A stretch of DNA of 63,971 nucleotides, the filler included, from Sphacelaria rigidula (taxonomy: Eukaryota): the NCBI GenBank assembly GCA_964200075.2. It is 7 parts of 7 records of this genome, joined end to end, with 100 filler letters (N's around TTAATTAATTAA, not from the genome) between each part and the next. Parts side by side here need not be neighbours in the genome. Positions count along the whole stretch, not along the records: positions 45,768 to 54,819 come from CAXNAA020009425.1; positions 54,920 to 63,971 come from CAXNAA020009426.1; 5 more parts are not named here. The stretch is one strand, 5' to 3'. This document shows positions 50,961 through 62,883 of the stretch, piece by piece. The translations under genes were made by a program, and so were the position numbers. The notes beneath the pieces were generated by a model. That model did not search any database and was not told the origin of the DNA. It worked only from the letters and a program-made list of their open reading frames with translations. Positions within the stretch are counted from its first letter, which is position 1. Every line of letters starts with the position of its first letter.

Positions 50961-53900
50961 ATGGCGAGCGACGCAGGAGAAAAGGGAGAGAGCAGTGGTG
51001 ATGCTGCGCTGCCAAGTATTACGGTGAAATTCACTTCATCGGATAAGGCAGCTGGAAAGGTTGAGATGTCGCTCGATTCCAGCGTTGCCGATCTGAAAAC
51101 GGCCATCAGGTTGGTTGGCATGTGTGAACATGGGAGTATCTCAAACTCGAGTTTACTGTCGAATACACCGGGGATCTCGACTTTGAGCTTCATCGAACAT
51201 TCGTTCGGGGCAAATTCAGATACACGTACTCGTAGTTGTTGTGCGGCCAAATGCCGTCTGTGGCAAAGTGCCGCTTCTTCGTTGTTGACCCTGACTAACT
51301 GGGAGCGTTTCACGTCGTGCACTGTAGGTTCCTTACTAAACGTCTTTCGTGTAGCCGTGCTCGGAGATTGGTCGTGCTGGACCTCCACTCTGTCCACGTG
51401 CACGAGGGTAGGGCACCATCGTATCACGTCCGGCGTGGTACCGCCGTCTACCGCTCCGCCAAGTCCAATGAGCGCCTTCCCTCTGCCAAAACCACCCCCT
51501 ATAGCGGATCGCCGCGTGAAGTTGTTGCTGCAGCGCTAACGGACCACGCTCGATTTCATTTGGACCATTTGGACTTGCTCATCTTCCACCGACATGAAGT
51601 TCGCCGTTACCTGAGTTTCGGCTGAGAGCGGGTTGTGAAGTGTGCCTGTTCGACCGTGCGCGATTGCCGCCGTTTTCCCTTCCCGGTTCATTGCCCTCCC
51701 CCGTCTGTCACCCCCCGAGCTATATTACCAAAAAAGCACCAGCACCAGCACCGCGCACCATTTACCTCATTCACCATCAGCGTCTACGCTCGCCTCCCGG
51801 ATCGTGATGGGTTTCGCTTAAAGTACGTACATCTGACGAACTCTAAAGATTTCTCTCGTTATTGCCCCGCGCACGACTTTCTCCACACTACTTACACTGC
51901 AGCTGTTGTCATGTTTCGGCGGGTATGACGGCTGCCATTTCAAGAAGATCGCATCCTATACTGCGCATCAGGTTCCATCGTCTCACGTCGTTGTCCGTTA
52001 CTATGCTGTATGTTCTGCTCTTGTCAGACAGCTTCCTTCGGTCCGCAAAAAAAACTGGAAAAAGTCGTGCAGTGATTTTTTCGCGACGTTCTTACTCAAC
52101 GAAAGCAGGTTCCGAGACCGTTTGTCCGGAACTAACACCTCTCTCTTGTGGGGGGGGGGGAAACGCATAACTCGTACCCCTAGACGGCGAGAGTAGGTCG
52201 TCTGTTGAATCGGCATCAATTTCACTTGAAAAAAGTATGCATGATCCAGATGGACTACTCTCGCAGTCTAACAGTTACGTTTTTTTCAGCTGACAGAAAA
52301 TGCATCACTTTTCCATTGTGCCCGTTGTGGATATAGTGGACGTTTTTCTATCGAGGCCACTTCTCAGACCACATGTTATGGGGACAGAGTTGGCGACAGT
52401 GCGAAGTGGCCGTTTCTGTTTTTTTTTTTTTCCCAAAACCATCTGTTTCTGTACGAGGAACAAATCCCGGCCAAAAAAAACTTGCTTGCTCTCCTTGTCC
52501 CTCCACTCCTATGCGAAGTTCACGGCTAGCCCTTAGACAGCGATGCAGGTAGTCCATCTGGATCACGCAGACCTTTTGCAAGTGAAATTCGTAGCGATTC
52601 AGCAGGTGACCTACCCTCGCAGTCCAAGGATTGAACAGCGCCTTCACCTCCTGAGGATCGCCTGTGTATGAGCACCTCGAAGCCGAGGAGTTTTTGCATC
52701 TAAATATCTACACTTTGTTTGAGGGGGAATATGGGCCTCGAGAAACTCTGGTGCAAGGTTGAAAACGCGCCAGAAATACATCGAAATTCACCTGTGGATT
52801 ACGAATCTCCAAAATTTCGCAACTAATGCCCAGCGTGCCAAATGACGCGAGTTCCATGTGGTATCATCAGGGTCGCTTGCTTTTAGTGCGGTCAAGAACT
52901 CCGCAATGCTACGGTCGTACTGAACTACGTGTTTTTGCGTGGCTCAATGATCTACTTGGTTTCAGTATCCCCTTCGGCTCTGTCCAAAATGAGCCCTTAC
53001 CCAAGCGAGCGGCCGTGGCTCCAAGCCTCCAGTTGGTCAAGGCCCTTTTTTTTTTTCAATTTACCGAAATATCAAACGAGAATCCGTGTCTGGACCAGCC
53101 CTCACGCGTGCTCGCTTCAATTGTAACAGGGCAAAATTCGACGTGGAGCCGAAACGAGTCATCTTCCAAGGCCGCATTCTCAACAAGGACGAGCAGACTC
53201 TCGCAGAGAGCAAGCTCAAGGACGGGCTCACGGTTGTCGTGCAAGCAGCACCAGCAACACCAGCATCCACCGCCTCCCCGGCCGCCTCCGCCACGCCTAC
53301 CCCGATGCCAATACCAGCAACGGCCGCCGGCACTGCAGTGGGATCTAGCGCAGCGGCGTCTCAAGCGGCCATTGCGCAGGCCCTTGCGGGGAGGCTCGGA
53401 GGTCTCGGGGCGGGGGCGGCCAGCGTCAGTCCGGTGGGCCAGGCGGTGGCGACGATTCGAGGGCAAGAACCCGGGGTTGCAAGGGAGTGTCTGACCACGC
53501 TGACGAAGGTCGTCGACAACGTTATAGCGCATCCTCTCGAGGAGAAGTACAGGAAGATCAAGCGCACTAATGCGGGGTTTCGGCGAAAGGTACGGTTTGT
53601 TGTTCCGCTGCGTGTGGTTCCGGTTTTGGCGATTAGAGGTGGGAATGGCGACTGAATCAACGATTGCCTGATGGATGTGCTTAAAAACTCCTCGGTGCTA
53701 CAGGGGAAAGGCCCACATGTCCACTTGGGTTCTTGGACTGTGCCTCGTGTGGAACTAAGATGTATTTTTTACGTACAACGTGTGATGTTGAACGGGTGAT
53801 GGTGCCGTCCATGACGTGTGTGTGGCTTCGTCGGATTCGCCAGCGACACGATACTGTCCTCACGCATCGCGATACATGTTGGCAGACCCACCGTGCGCAT

Positions 53901-54535
53901 TTTCGAGAACATGCACGAACATGGGAATCGAGGTCATCCCTTGTGCATCCTCCTTGGCGCCGCAATGCGAGAGATATTGACGTGAAAACTATCTGCATAT
54001 GACCACGGCGCGCACTTGCAGCACTCACCCCCCAAATTCTCTCCCAATTTGACCCCCTCTTGCCGACTTGTATTTCCCCAATCCATCCTTTCTCAAGGTT
54101 GGCTCAGTACCGGGTGGAGAGGCGTGCATGCGGGCCCTGGGTTTCGGCGAGGTCGACGGGAGCGACGGCAGCTGGATCCTGCACCCAAGTGCCGCTGCCT
54201 GGACCGTGCTGACGTCGGGACGCGCGGAAATCCAGACGGCATTGCTTAGCCTTCCCCCGGCGACTGGCAGTGCCGGCAGCAGTGCCGGCGCACGCGGAAT
54301 CGGTGACACGCCGGGATTTCTAGGAGGCATGGGAGTGATGCCACCTGTCGGGGCTGCCGGAAGTGCTGCAGCGGGTGGAATGGGAGGGGGTATGGGTGGA
54401 ATGGGTGGGGGTATGCGAGGCCCGGATGTGGCCATGATGGAGCAGATGTTACAGAATCCAGCGGCTTTGCAAGGAGCCATGAATAATCCACAAGTCCAGG
54501 CTATGTTGGGCCCCGAGATGGCTTCGCAAATGCAG
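50961..54535 (+). CDS. Ubiquitin-like (UBL) + PUB domain protein with Gly/Met-rich STI1-like region; 3' end off contig
   Basis: Exons 50961-51109 (MASDAGEKGE...ITVKFTSSDKAAGKVEMSLDSSVADLKTAI), 53130-53589 (AKFDVEPKRVIFQGRILNKDEQTLAESKLKDGLTVVV = UBL; Ala/Pro linker; CLTTLTKVVDNVIAHPLEEKYRKIKRTNAGFRRK = PUB), 54098-54535 (VGSVPGGEACMRALGF = PUB end; ...MMEQMLQNPAALQGAMNNPQVQAM = STI1-like). GT-AG introns with phases 2 and 0 are consistent. Confidence 0.9.
52177..52630. mobile_element. Two oppositely oriented copies of the ~100-bp TTAA MITE family inside UBL-PUB intron 1 (52177-52275 and 52530-52630)
   Basis: 52177-52275 matches the reverse complement of the 2116 element (GTTGAATCGGCATCAATTTC...AAAAAAGTATGCAT...TCCAGA). 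The copy at 52530 begins CCCTTAGAC. Confidence 0.7.
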
Positions 54536-54965
54536 GTACTTACTTTTCAAGAGGGGGCGTACTAATCTGTTGCTTGCCTGAGTCGTTCAACCATTGACCA
54601 GACCACGTAGCCCTTCCGAAACGGGACACCGTTCCTACTCCTAGTAGAGACAACTCCAACATTTGGGTGTTGTTTATGTGTCTTCCGTACATTACACTGA
54701 AACATTTTACACATCTTATCCTCTTCCTAGTCATGCTACGACATGGGGGGGGGGGGGGGGGGGGGTGTCTTCTTCCACCAAAAAGAGGGGCTTTTTGTTT
54801 TTATTTGTTTTCCACCCCCNNNNNNNNNNNNNNNNNNNNNNNNNNNNNNNNNNNNNNNNNNNNTTAATTAATTAANNNNNNNNNNNNNNNNNNNNNNNNN
54901 NNNNNNNNNNNNNNNNNNNTGAACCTCATCTCGGAGGTAAACCTCAATTCGCACAATTTGTTGTC

Positions 54966-55296
54966 ATATGCGGCCATTTGGCTACCCCCCAAATGGCCTC
55001 CGGAGGGATGCGCGGCCCTCCAGAGGCAGAGCACGCCTTCGTAGGCCTTCAATCCCTCTGGAGAAAACCAAACACTACCGACCCGGAGGGCCGCGCACCC
55101 CTCCGGAGGAATTTGGGGGTATGCGCGGCCTTCCAGAGGCAAAACAAGCCTCCGGAGGCGTTCAATCCCTCTGGAGGAAGCAAAAATGTCTCCTCTGGAG
55201 GGTCGCGCACCCATCCGGAGTCGTTTAATTCCTCTGGATGCTCGAAAAGTGTACCCACCTGGAGGAATTTTGGGGGTAGCCAAATGGCCGCGTGTG
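54966..55296. mobile_element. MITE with ~25-bp TIRs and internal CCTCYRGAGG subrepeats
   Basis: GCGGCCATTTGGCTACCCCC...GGGGGTAGCCAAATGGCCGC. Confidence 0.75.
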
Positions 55297-55419
55297 TAAA
55301 CGAACGAAAACAAAGACAAAAACAAATGTGTAGTCTAATAGATTCCATCCCCCGTGCCATTCTCCTGCTTGCCATCGCTTATGTACTACCCTGCACTGCC
55401 GCGGTCACCATCCGGCCGG

Positions 55420-55930
55420 ACACCCTGACCCTCATCAACAGCTTACCCAAGAACTTCGACTTCAATAAGTACAGAGTCTTATCATGCCTGGTGTGGTATG
55501 CAAAGCGAATGACCAGGCTCCGCTTCAACTTTGCGTTTCCGGACTCGACCTCTACCTTTTCCACCGGGTCCTGCGGCAAAAAGCATAGGTTATACTGGCG
55601 TCTTTCATAGGGTCGCAATCCCAAGGATTGTGCCTGCCCTCCTCAGTTTAAGTTGGACTCAAGAACACCTAACCGGTCGTACATAGGCAGCATGTTGTGC
55701 AAGATGCAGCATGTAGAGAACACGTTATGATTATTGATATCCTCGCTCTCGCGATACAAGATCGCGAGCTTGAAGATCCTACACCGGCCCTCAGATGTCG
55801 AAGAAGCACTTCACGTCCTTGAAAACGTTCTCCAGTCTCTTGCTCCAATCGAGCTCATCTTGCGCTAGTGGCGCCTCCGTCGGGTTTATCAGCGACTTCC
55901 ACGGATGATGGTTCAAGGCTTGACCTACCC
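55420..55930 (-). pseudogene. Degenerate PIF/Harbinger-type DDE transposase fragment
   Basis: The minus strand reads HHPWKSLINP...DWSKRLENVFKDVKCFFDI, then after a frameshift GRCRIFKLAILY...NVFSTCCILHNML. This matches the RKDVExxFGxLKxRF...CxxLHNM signature of Harbinger/Plant_tran transposases. Confidence 0.75.
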
Positions 55931-56049
55931 TGGAAGCAAAAGACGACAGCGCGAGAGATCGAGAACGTAAATCAAGCGTAGAGTAGGTGCTTGGTCGATT
56001 GCACAAATCAGATCGCACAATTCGGATGAAAAGGGGTGTTCGTTCTCGC

Positions 56050-56248
56050 TTCCCAGCAATGATTCCTATGGCATGAATCCAACGGACATCTTTCTCATCC
56101 GCAATACACACGGCATGATTCATACGCGCACGTTGCTCACCTGTTACCCATACGGCATGAATCAAGCTATTGAGTTTCCCAGCTGTCATTCCTACGGCAT
56201 GAATTAAGCTATTGTGTTTCCCAGCTATCGTTCGTAGGGCATCAATCA
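56050..56248. repeat. 42-bp degenerate tandem repeat, ~5 copies, adjacent to the Harbinger remnant
   Basis: Unit TTCCCAGCTGTCATTCCTACGGCATGAATYAAGCTATTGWGT. Confidence 0.75.
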
Positions 56249-56363
56249 CAGGTACACCCTTTGCACCACAGAGTCTAGCATTTGACTTGAGTGTGGGCTT
56301 TCAACCCCATTTTTACGTGTAAAAAAACTTCAAATGATTCCGATATTCCACAAGCAAACAACT

Positions 56364-56810
56364 AACAGCCGATCATCAAAATTGAAGATGGAATTTTCCA
56401 TTGAGGGTGATATTCCGATAATAATATCTTCGTATCCATACCAAATCTTCGAAATATGATGCCATCCCTTCACCTACTGGTAGCTATTGACGACAGCTAC
56501 ACGCCCTACAAGTTGTGATTTCGATAATCGAAATGTTGTGGTCCTAGATGAAGAAATAGTTCTTGGGATTTTGGTGACCTGGTCGGATCGCAGAAATTCC
56601 TGGGAATTGTTTTTTCACCTAGTAGGTCCCCAACATTTCGGTTATCGAAATCACAATTTGTGTGATGTGTAGTACGTGTCAATAGCTACCAGTAGTAGGT
56701 GAAAGAATGGAACCATATTTCGAAGATTTGGTGTGGATACGGAGACTTGAATCCTCCGGGTTCTCATCCTCAGTGAAAAGCTCCATCCTCAGTTCCGATG
56801 ATCGGCTGTT
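56364..56810. mobile_element. Foldback (long palindromic) MITE, ~450 bp; family members at ~38603-39045, ~43087-43872 (with central insertion) and 59355-59797
   Basis: The arm AACAGCCGATCATC...CCAAATCTTCGAAATATG...CACCTACTGGTAGCTATTGAC...TTTCGATAATCGAAATGTTG is mirrored on the right half. Confidence 0.8.
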
Positions 56811-57463
56811 GTTGGCGCCGGGGGCGTCCAGTCGTGGGATCAGCACAATTTCGACCTGAGACCTTACTGCCTGACCCAGATTTCCAACCCTGACGGTTGA
56901 AGGTTCAAAATTCCAAGGAGTTGGCCGTTAGATACATAATCCGCTTTCAAGCACAGATCGAAGTATATATAGCCCACCGAAGAATCATCCTACGGTAGGT
57001 GGGGGAGGGTACTCATGATCATGCATGCCATAGTCATGAGACCATTGACCTCGCATCCCTTCAAAGCCGGGACGGAGCACGCCAGGTTTTCGCCGGACCA
57101 GGCTCGCACTCCACCTTTTTTCGTGGAATCAAATATCTCCCCACCTCCCCAGAGTCTGGTCCGGCGAAAACCCGGCGTGCTCGTCCCGACTTTGTAGGGA
57201 TGCGACGTCAATGGTCTCATGACTATGGCATGCATGATCCTGAGTACCCCCTATCGTGGTGTGGTAACCGTGATGGTGGTCGAGCTAGATCTTATTGCGC
57301 GGGGTGGGAGGACCTTGATTCCGCGCAAAGGAAATGATCATACTACATGGTGTTGAAATGGCGAGAAACCCATGAGGCAATATGTAAGCCGTGGCTGTCT
57401 CTGGAAGGGGCGATACCAGAAAATTAAGCAAATCATTGGGGGCTGTCATCCAAATGCAAGGTA

Positions 57464-57859
57464 CGAGCTGGGCCAGCAGTATATCCCGCATTCGCCTTCC
57501 ACACCACAATTCCAAAGTTTCCCAAATTAGCGCGACTGGAGCATATCGCTGTGAACTACAGATCAACCTGTGAACACACAGCACCGCCGCTGAATGAAGA
57601 AAGATGAGAAAAATGCACTGAATAGTATTTGACCTTAACGACGGACGAAAAAAGACAATATATCGGGGTTTGTACTCATGACCTCCATAACTGGAGTCTC
57701 CAGTTGATTGGTTGTAGCACTTTGACTGACCCCCCAGCTATCCAGCCGTGGTCACATATTAGACGTACTCCAAAAAAAGTAAAACTGAAACATTCGTTGA
57801 AGAAATATAAGGAACAGAAAAAGTCGAACAGAACGACATAACAGACCAAGACACGTGGA

Positions 57860-57954
<95 letters not shown>

Positions 57955-58805
57955 CTACTATTACTACAAATAATAACTTACAAAGTCAACAAAAAAAACA
58001 AAGCGCAGAAAGAAATGGCCGATCCGAAACACACAAAAAGGAGAGCACAAAGCCCAAGGGATTCAATGCAGCAGAGTAGATACAGACACACACACCGGTG
58101 GGCACCGCAGAGCCACCAACTAAGGGTATAATCGACAACCGGTGTGAGCAGACAGGATTCTTCGATTGGCGGCCCTCGACGCGGCAGCCTCTCGCTTGTC
58201 AGCGCGTCGCCGCGTGTCCTCCAACTCTCCCGCTACTTTTCTGACTCCAAGATGTCGTTTGCCATGTTCTTCGCCCCACAGACCCAATAGTGTGCATCGT
58301 GAACCTTTTCACACCGTAGACAAAACGTTTCTGTCGGGCTCCCTTGTGCGGGACAGCCCCTAGTGCACGAATGTTCTCCTGGAAAATACCCCGTCATTGC
58401 TTGGGGGGGCGACTGGCCTCCTTCGGCCCTAGTGTGGTTAACTCCTGTATCGCTCGGATTAAAAGGTGCGGCCGTGCCACACGAAAAGTGCAATGCGGCG
58501 CCGAATTTGGCGTCTTTGTGGCCGAAACTTTCACCAGGATGTCCTGGATCCGAGCGCCCACAACGTTGTTGAGGGTGCAGCCGCTATCATCATGTTTTTA
58601 CCGAGTTTTAGCATTCTTCCTGTTTTTGCTGAAACTTCACTTCGTTCCAACTTCCTGTTTCTCGTTCTTTCCCCCTCTGCACCCCCAATAAGGTTGCGCG
58701 GGTTGATGATGTATATCTCGGGTCAAAATTTCAGCGCCCAACTCTTCGAATTACCAATCGCGTCGCCATTCTTGACGAAAAATCACGATCAGCTGGCTCA
58801 GCTTG
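57464..58805. mobile_element. TA-flanked TIR element (same CGAGCTGGGCCAGC terminus) inserted in a LINE 3' fragment
   Basis: TA|CGAGCTGGGCCAGC...GCTGGCTCAGCTTG|TA. The flanks rejoin to match the uninterrupted copy CAAATGCAAGATAATCAGTAAACTTCGGG at 9739-9767. Confidence 0.85.
57860..57951. repeat. (AAT)n microsatellite; others: (TTA)n 18154-18208, (GGGGTA)6 16004-16039, (CTTGTT)n 43375-43407
   Basis: Directly visible in the sequence. It explains the spurious poly-Ile ORF at 57855. Confidence 0.97.
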
Positions 58806-59354
58806 TAGTCAGTACGCTTCGGGCCGAACAATCTTAGCAGGATGCAGCTCATCCTTCCTGCGACTCACCGAACACACCACGGGGCTTCGCGCTTGGTGAT
58901 TAAGTGCGAGCCTGGTCTGGCGAAAACCCGGCGTGCTCACTCAATCGAAAGCTTAACTCCCAGCTGGCGAACAGCTTGTTTGTCACGGCTTCTCGCGGCA
59001 GGAACGACACATTGATGTCGATGTCCGTGATACTTTGCATATGCTGCTGTGCACGGCTATATCCTCCGTTCTTGCTACAACAGACACATTGGGTTGCCGA
59101 GTGACCTTTAGAGTCACGTTCGGATTAGTCTGTTCCGTGTGACCCAACGTCCTGCCGCACGTGCAAGTACGGCAGAAGGTGATACTAGTTTCGAGGAACA
59201 CGTGCAATTTCGATCAAATCTCTTATCATTGTCGGTCATCTTTGGCGCACACTAGCTCCATGTGACGGTAACGACGCTACGTCGAGGGTGAGCCAGGATA
59301 GGAGCTGAATCCGCAATAGAACTACTGAAGTCAATTCACGTCATTGAGCCTTAA

Positions 59355-59797
59355 ACACGGGATCTTACAAATTGGGGATGGATCATTCATTGGGGATGAG
59401 AAACCCGGAGGATTTAAGTTTCTTATCCGCACCAAATCTTCGAAATATGGTTTCATTTCTTCACCTACTGATAGCTATTGACGACTGCTACACACCATAG
59501 AAGTTTGGATTTCGATCACCGAAATGTTGGGGTCCTAGGTCAAAAACCGGTTTCGAGGAATTCCGGGTGTTCGAACGGACGCCAAAATGATTGCGAAATT
59601 GTTTTTTTCACCTAGAACCTCAACATTTCGGTGGTCGAAACCCAAACTTCTATGAGATATAGCAGTTGCCAATAGCTGTCAGTAGGTGAGGGAATGAAAC
59701 CATGTTTCCAAGATTTGGCGGGGATACGAAGACTTTGATTCTCCGGGTTTCCTATCCCCAATAAAAGATGCATCCCCAATTTGTAAGATGCCGTGTT
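59355..59797. mobile_element. Foldback MITE, same family as 56364-56810
   Basis: AACACGGGATCTTACAAATTGGGGATG ... CATCCCCAATTTGTAAGATGCCGTGTT, with the shared internal arm motifs. Confidence 0.8.
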
Positions 59798-62700
59798 CTT
59801 ACACAATAGCCCCACAAAGCCCCGGGGGGGTCCCTACCAGCACGCCTACAACTACACCAGTGCCGGAGGCTACGAACGAAGTAATGCAGTGACAGTGGCA
59901 ATGTTGAACAAATCCCAACCTTCGTGACAAAAGCCAGGATGAACTTGAATACCCACCTACTGAAACGAACATCAGTCGTACCGCGCAATATACTTGAAGA
60001 CTGCGCTTCCCATACGCTGTTTTTCGTCGTGAAACTACATATTACTATCGTCGTACTCTTTCGCCGGCAATTGGAACGTCCACAGAATCCGCCGAAACTC
60101 CAGCCAAGCCCACACATACTCTTAATACCCTCATTTTTGTCGCTGACAGCGATTCTCCCAAGATATCGAAATGCGCACCCACACACGATGGAATCGATCT
60201 GAACCCTTTGATGACAGAGTGTGTGCTGATGACGCGAAACAAAGCGAGGCCAAAACACACATCAAACAGAACGTCAAACACGTCCGCTGACGGGTCTGCA
60301 AATGATATTTTGGAGCCTTCCTATAATCGTTCAAGCACTCCACAAAGACGACGTAGCCGAGGTACCTCCAAAACACTGCAAAAGAGAAACACGCCGCCGA
60401 AGAAAGTATAGCGGTACATCTTCCCCAGCCCAATTGAAACAATCTACAGGCGGGTCAAGTTACTCAAGGTGTAACGATAAGATCGCGCATCAGGTCCATA
60501 ATACAGAGTACGTTCTATCAAGACAGTTAAATGACCACAAAAAACGCAGAGGAAACACAAATCGTACAGCCACAAGACATGGGGAACAGAGTGCTTCGCA
60601 AGAAATCCTCCAGGATCTAGCGCGTGCTCCTCGTTGACACGGGCAGGAACATCGCCAGCACAACGTCGTAGACCCCTCCTGTGTCCTGCGATTACCCCAA
60701 AAAACAAAACCAACGACAAACGACGGAACACCTGGACGCAACGAGACTGCATGCAGCAAACGCAACAACGGCACTAACGCCCCACCGCCCCGGATGCTCC
60801 CCGTCTCTGAGTAATGTACCACCTTGGCGCTGAAAGATCAGACCAAAAGTTCTGAGAGCATTCATCATGGTGAAGCACAGCCCCGTGCCCTCGCCCTTGA
60901 ACAACACAAGATAACGGCTGTTATACACCGTGACCTGTGACTATTCCCCACGTGGACGGAAACAGAGTAGGGGAAATTATGCTTCAAAGAGACATGATGA
61001 AAATATTGGAAGGTGGCTTATGAGATGCCGAAGCTGACCCACCTACAAGTTTGAGAAGAAAATAGCGGTGGAAGTGAAGTGGTGAAGAATTTCAATGCCG
61101 GGCACGAGCGGCGGCTGAGCCATGGCAAAAAACACAAGACAGCAACGTAATAATCCCTATTACGAGCAGCGAGAAAAAAGAGAACTTGCCCCCAAAAGGA
61201 CATATTGTAAACGTGGGACATAGCAAGCCAACCGTGAAGATGCGCCAGTATATAGTTTGGACGATCACCTCACAGAGTCGCTTTTCGTAAAAAAGGCTAC
61301 AAGCAAAACAAAGCAGTGCAAATGGACAAGCGATCGATCACATCAACTGTCGCTTTTCTCCCAACTCGTCATTCACGTCCGCATCTCCTCCCTGCATCCA
61401 CTGGTCTCGAAGAAGGAGTAGCTGTACCGGCATCGGCGATGAGGTCTCGAACCGTCTGCATGAAACAAAATGGCGAACACAAAAGCCGCACTTGAGAAAG
61501 AATATCTTGAGAACCATGTTCATTCGTCAACAACTTCTGATACACCTTCTATCCGTTTCCTTTGCGGAAGGCGACAAGATAATGGTCAAGATCCATACAC
61601 TAATATTCCTTACGCCAAGAAAAAGCTGGCTACTTGTACCGCGAACGCGTAAGAAGATTGCCAGAAAGCTGATATGTTGGAGGAATGCTGTTAGATAGCT
61701 CACGTTCCAACACAAGTACTGTCAGAATAGTAGTCGTTTTGTACTGCTGCGGAAACTATCGTGCGACACATGGGGATGACACACACACCCGCGCCTGAAT
61801 TCCGACATCGATTTTCTCGCGGAGTACGCTTTTATCACTAGAGTCGATCCTCGCAAGGGCCATCACCACGACGTATGGGAGTTCGAATGATGGGAGTGGC
61901 CTAACTTATCGATCAGACCGGGCGGCGAAATCCGGAGCTGTTGCGCGCTAGCAGGACACCTACTATTTGTGCTCTCTTCAGCTGCTGCTCGGGCTGTTCG
62001 GTCCGGACACATTTGCAAGGGTCAAGTGACAGCTGTCTTGCCCCGAAAAATGTGTGCGAGTTGCTGACACGAAGGTGAAAACAACGATACCTGTTTCGAC
62101 ACCCATTTCGTCGTCGTTCAAAAAATATGCCGAAGATAAACATTGGAGGTATAGTGTTTGGGCACATATGAGATTTCCCAAGCTCTTGGGAACGGACATG
62201 TCTTGGATTGCTGACGTGAGGTTTGACAGTTACAACCTGGATTTTGGAGAGGAGATACGCTTGATAACTTGAAGCACCACTTTGAGCGCAGTTTTGTTCA
62301 TGATAAAATTCAGCCAATGGACCGAACTCCGTAAAAATAAAACTACGCTCATAATTGCATTCAATATGTCGATTCACACATGTCCAGCCAAATTTAACAG
62401 CCAGCACTCAAGACTTGCAAGAGGAATCCCCGGAGACATGTTACTGGTGCAAGTAGTGAGACCAGCCTGAAGTGAAGCCGAACTAGTTTCGCTGGACAGA
62501 TCTCTTCGAGGCATCTCCATGCGTGTTCCATTTGGCAGCACATGATTATCTATGCCGAGAACACCGGAGATGATAATATCATCGAGAATTATTCTGCTTG
62601 TAGCCTACGGCACGTGCAAGCAATTTCTCATCCACACATGACATTATCCATGCCCTGAGGTAGCACGCGGCCGTGAAACTACCCTTGACATAAACTCAAG

Positions 62701-62883
62701 ACTTTGGTATGAGGAACCTAGAGTAGGCTGCGTACGGGAAGGCAGAGACGACATATCGCATACGAGTAGACGTAAAACGAAGTGTACTGGATGAGGCATT
62801 CCACTCAAAGCAAAATTAAATCGGTACGAGCTGGGCCGCCCAAGATGCGAACAGGAATGTTGACACGCGATTCCTGAGCTTAA

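Noticed and set aside
57855..58079. Poly-Ile ORF
   Set aside because: It is a translation of an (AAT)n microsatellite.
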